Shown in pieces: positions 60,505 to 64,000 of a stretch of DNA of 64,000 nt. Source of the stretch: Phycisphaerae bacterium (lineage in GTDB: Bacteria > Planctomycetota > Phycisphaerae > UBA1845); the NCBI GenBank assembly GCA_963666835.2, contig CAXXGO010000005.1:32001-96000 (forward strand), read 5' to 3'. Each line of letters opens with the position of its first letter. Position 1 is the stretch's first letter. The position numbers were made by a program, and so were the translations under genes. The notes under the pieces are model-generated. The model did no database searches and had not been told where the DNA came from. It was given only the letters and a program-made list of their open reading frames with translations.

Positions 60505-63500
60505 TCAAGGGGTGCCGATCGCCCAGATCTCCACGTCGTCGACATTCCAGCCGCTGTAGAGCCAGCTACTGTCCGTCGTACCCATCGTCCACCGCAGATA
60601 CACCGTACCCTCACCGTCCGCCACGGCCGAGATGTCGTACTCCATCTGGCTCCAGGCGGAATCGGTAACCTCGGCGGAGTTCTCCCAAACGGTCGTCCAA
60701 GTGCTGCCGTTGTTGCTTACCCGCAGGTAAGCGTGGTCGTACCTGGGCTGCTCGACATTCAGCCAGCGCCAGAACTTGACCGTGACATCGGTCAGGTTGG
60801 TGCAGTCGATTGCGGTCGAGGTCAGGTTTGTCTCGGCGAGGTTGTTGGTGTAATCGCCGGACAGGTTGTAGCCGTATACGTTGCTGCCGGTATACCCGCT
60901 ACTCGGGTCGGCGTTTCCATGGGAAGCCCCGCCACTTCCGGTCGGCTGTCCCCAGGCCCATTGGCCCGCGGTCGTCCATCCCGGATCAGTGTCCATGTTC
61001 CACGAATACTTGACCGCCGGTCCCGCGACACAGGTGTCGGAGATCTCATCGCAAGTCTGCCCCGGACACGGATCCGATCCCGGTTGGCAGAGGTTGCTGA
61101 CGCAGGTTTCCGCGCCGTTGCAGAACAGGCCGTCGTCGCACTCCGCATCACCGGTGCAGGAGATGGCCGCCGTTACGTCCACGGTAATGTCGTCGACCGC
61201 CATATCGCTGCGATAGCTGGTGCCGGTGACTCCGTGGAAGCGGATGGTGATCGTCTTGCCGACGTAGGCGGTCAGATCGACGGTCGCCTCGTACCACGAG
61301 TTGCCTTGATTCCCGGACAGGCTCCATACATTCGTCCAGCTTGTGCAATCTTCGGATACCTCGACGTTCAGCGTGCCCATCGACGTTCCGTACATGTGAT
61401 ACCAGAAGGTCAGCTCTACCTCGCTGGTATTGGCCAGATCGAAGCACGGGCCCTCGAGCAGGGCCGTCTTGCTCGGGTAGTTCGGGCTCGACGACTCGGT
61501 GTAGACATAATACGACCCGCCGTGGGCCGCGGAGGGACCGGTGCTGCTCGACGACGTCGAACCGCTCTTTCTGGTCCAGTCCATGTCATCGCCCGTCATG
61601 TTGACCCAATCGCCGAAGCCGCTTTCGAAACCTTCAGTATAAGGATACGAGGAGACGGTGACCTCGCACTCGTTGAAGCAGACCCCGTCGACACAGGTGT
61701 CCGTCGTACAAGCGTTGTCGTCGTCACAGTCCTCGTCTTCCACGCACTCGACTGACTCGCACGTGTCGGTTTCTTCGTTGCAGTATTCGCCCGATTCGCA
61801 CGGCTCAACTCCCGCCTGGCAGTCATTGACCGCATCGCAGGTCTCGGTTCCGTCACACCACAGGCCATTGTCGCAGTTAGCGTCGTTGGCCACGTTGTCA
61901 CACGAATCCGTCGACTCATTACACGAATCATCCGTGCAGCTCACGCCGTCGTCGCACGGGTCGGTTCCTGCCTGGCAGCCGTAGACCGCATCGCAAGTCT
62001 CGGCTCCGTCACACCACAGCCCGTTGTCACAGTTGGCGTCGTTAGCGATGTTGTCGCACGAATCAGTGCCTTCGTTACAGGAATCGTCCGTGCAAGCGAC
62101 GCCGTCGTCGCAGTCGATTGCCGTACCGGCTTGGCATCCGTAAACCGCATCGCAAACCTCGACCCCGTCACAGAACACGCCATTGCTGCAATAGGCACTG
62201 TTGGCGACGTTGTCGCACGAGTCGGTGGTTTCGTTGCACGAGTCATCCGTGCAGGCTACACCGTCATCGCAGTCTACGGCGGTACCGGATTGGCAGTCGT
62301 AGACGGCGTCACAGGTCTCCGTTCCGTCGCACCACAGGCCGTTATCGCAGTTGGCGTTGTTGGCGACGTTATCACACGAGTCCGTAGCTTCGTTGCACGA
62401 GTCGTCTGTGCAAGCCACGCCGTCATCACAGTCTATGGCGGTGCCGGCTTGACAAGAGCCACCGACGCAGGTTTCGGCGCCGTTGCAGTACAAGCCGTCA
62501 TCGCAGTCCGAATCATCATCGCACCCCGGACTTCCGCCGATCGCCCAGATCTCCACATCGTCAATGTTCCAGCCGCTGTACAGCCAGCTTCCATCGGTCG
62601 TCCCCATGGTCCAACGCAGGTAGACCGTTGCCTCACCGTCCGCCACGGCCGAGATGTCATACTCCATCTGGCTCCAAGAGGAATCGGTGACCTCGGCCGT
62701 GTTCTGCCAGACTGTGGTCCACGAGCTTCCGTCGTTGCTGACCCGCACGTAGGCGTGGTCGTATGCGGGCTGCTCGACGTTCAGCCACCGCCAGAACTTC
62801 AGCGTGACCTCGGTCAGATCGGTACAATCGATCGCGGTCGAAGTCAGGTTGGTTTCCGCGAGGCTGTTCGTGTAGTCGCCGGACAGGTTGTAGCCGTATA
62901 CGTTGCTGCCGGTATATCCGCTACTGGGGTCGGCGTTTCCGTGGGCGTCGCCGCCGTCTCCGGTCGGTTGACCCCAGGCCCACTGCCCTGCGGTTGTCCA
63001 CCCCGGATTGGAGTCCATGTTCCACGAGTACTGCGCACTCGCTGCCCCGACGGCCAGGCTGACCGGTCGAGTCGTATCACCGTCATGGTCGGTAGTGTTC
63101 ACGAAGCTGACGGTGTCCGTGTAGCTGCCGACGGCCAGCGCATCCGCGTTCGAGTTGAAGGACACGGTTACGGTGGCGGTAGCGCCTCCGGCCAAGTATC
63201 CGCCGGTGTTGTCGAGCGATACCCATGCTTCCCCGTTGGATACGGTGTAGTTAATACCGGTGCTGCCCTGGTTCTCTATTGTGTAGACTGTGCTACTGGG
63301 CGTGAACGGTCCGCCGGCCGGCCCGGAGGAATCGAGCCCGGCGGCGGGCGTTACTTTCATACCACCGGCGCCCGGCACTAGCGTATCCACGGACGCGGCT
63401 CCGGTGCTGCTGGGATCCAACCAATCACTCAGCCGAGAGGAAGAACTGCCCCCGCCGTTCCACGACGTGTAGACTCGTCCATACCAGTCCGAGCTGTCAT

Positions 63501-63999
63501 TCCCGCATGCTGCGTAACCCCCGTGCAACTGCCCGATGACGTGGTGGTTCTGATCGAACAAGGGCGAACCGGAGGATCCTCCTTCGGTTGTTCCCACGTC
63601 CCAGTCCGTAATTCGGATATGCGTTCCGTCGCCGGGGACGGCGGTTTGTAGATACGATGTAACGGTAGTCGAGTCGTACTCGAAGCTGATCCGCTTCTCA
63701 TCGCAGCTTGGATGGTGGATTGCAACGGCCGTGGTCGCATCGGCTCCGGTCCGATCCCAACCGGCGAAGGCAACTCCCCAGGACGGATCAGGATCCTCGT
63801 CCAATTCCACAAGGGTGAAGTCGGACGTGCTGTACTCGGCCCGCAGGTACGAGCCCGATTGGAAGTCGCTCAGACTGCCGTCCGGAGTGCCGCCGCACGT
63901 CGATGTCTCGTAGTTCCAGTAGACTACGAGGGATGCCGCATTGGACGATCTGATCTCGCAGTGGTACGCCGTTTGGAAGTAAGGCGTCTCATCCTGTGC
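60505..63999 (-). CDS. Secreted lysyl-endopeptidase-like (S1) protease with BACON-like, Cys-rich and MAM modules (5' partial)
   Basis: Frame open to the window edge; TAYHC, SDFTLVEL, TTEGGSSGSPLF, GQLHGG; C-terminal ~480 aa shared with the S8 genes. Confidence 0.9.
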   Translation of the reverse strand, partial: AQDETPYFQTAYHCEIRSSNAASLVVYWNYETSTCGGTPDGSLSDFQSGSYLRAEYSTSDFTLVELDEDPDPSWGVAFAGWDRTGADATTAVAIHHPSCDEKRISFEYDSTTVTSYLQTAVPGDGTHIRITDWDVGTTEGGSSGSPLFDQNHHVIGQLHGGYAACGNDSSDWYGRVYTSWNGGGSSSSRLSDWLDPSSTGAASVDTLVPGAGGMKVTPAAGLDSSGPAGGPFTPSSTVYTIENQGSTGINYTVSNGEAWVSLDNTGGYLAGGATATVTVSFNSNADALAVGSYTDTVSFVNTTDHDGDTTRPVSLAVGAASAQYSWNMDSNPGWTTAGQWAWGQPTGDGGDAHGNADPSSGYTGSNVYGYNLSGDYTNSLAETNLTSTAIDCTDLTEVTLKFWRWLNVEQPAYDHAYVRVSNDGSSWTTVWQNTAEVTDSSWSQMEYDISAVADGEATVYLRWTMGTTDGSWLYSGWNIDDVEIWAIGGSPGCDDDSDCDDGLYCNGAETCVGGSCQAGTAIDCDDGVACTDDSCNEATDSCDNVANNANCDNGLWCDGTETCDAVYDCQSGTAVDCDDGVACTDDSCNETTDSCDNVANSAYCSNGVFCDGVEVCDAVYGCQAGTAIDCDDGVACTDDSCNEGTDSCDNIANDANCDNGLWCDGAETCDAVYGCQAGTDPCDDGVSCTDDSCNESTDSCDNVANDANCDNGLWCDGTETCDAVNDCQAGVEPCESGEYCNEETDTCESVECVEDEDCDDDNACTTDTCVDGVCFNECEVTVSSYPYTEGFESGFGDWVNMTGDDMDWTRKSGSTSSSSTGPSAAHGGSYYVYTESSSPNYPSKTALLEGPCFDLANTSEVELTFWYHMYGTSMGTLNVEVSEDCTSWTNVWSLSGNQGNSWYEATVDLTAYVGKTITIRFHGVTGTSYRSDMAVDDITVDVTAAISCTGDAECDDGLFCNGAETCVSNLCQPGSDPCPGQTCDEISDTCVAGPAVKYSWNMDTDPGWTTAGQWAWGQPTGSGGASHGNADPSSGYTGSNVYGYNLSGDYTNNLAETNLTSTAIDCTNLTDVTVKFWRWLNVEQPRYDHAYLRVSNNGSTWTTVWENSAEVTDSAWSQMEYDISAVADGEGTVYLRWTMGTTDSSWLYSGWNVDDVEIWAIGTP

Positions 64000-64000
64000 G

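Larger units (their letters stand above)
47139..61956. repeat. Tandem duplication: two ~6.6 kb units plus a third copy of the 1599-bp 3' module
   Basis: Units 47139-53745 and 53746-60357; shared module also at 60358-61956. Confidence 0.93.

Overview
GC-rich bacterial DNA, most likely Planctomycetota/Phycisphaerae. This is inferred from IPTL-CTERM and PEP-CTERM sorting tails, 'CxxCGYDLxGNxSGxCPECG' membrane proteins, GACC Cys-rich secreted proteins and an rpsP-trmD-rplS operon without rimM. There are three zones. (1) Positions 1-40020 look like the right-hand part of a >40 kb integrative element inserted at the 3' end of tRNA-Arg(ACG). It has a tyrosine integrase with two substituted catalytic residues, an Xis-like HTH, a split primase plus P-loop helicase with an iteron-like origin, an AlpA-like gene, two paralogous wHTH-tailed regulators and a Schlafen/AlbA_2 protein. 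Its cargo is a signal-peptide-bearing 3263-aa Rhs toxin with candidate immunity genes, an orphan toxin module and a further Rhs fragment, many cell-surface proteins, and a compact ardC / DnaX-like AAA / serine recombinase operon. (2) Positions 40022-46400 are core genes: tRNA-Arg, tatD, yraN, rplS, trmD, rpsP and nrdJ with tandem NrdR boxes. (3) Positions 47139-64000 are an array of giant secreted proteases. Two copies of a 2000-aa S8 protease and a lysyl-endopeptidase-type S1 protease share a near-identical 1.6 kb 3' module, and the SNP pattern places an unequal crossover in a ~70 bp interval. All calls come from reading motifs by eye; no database searches were run.
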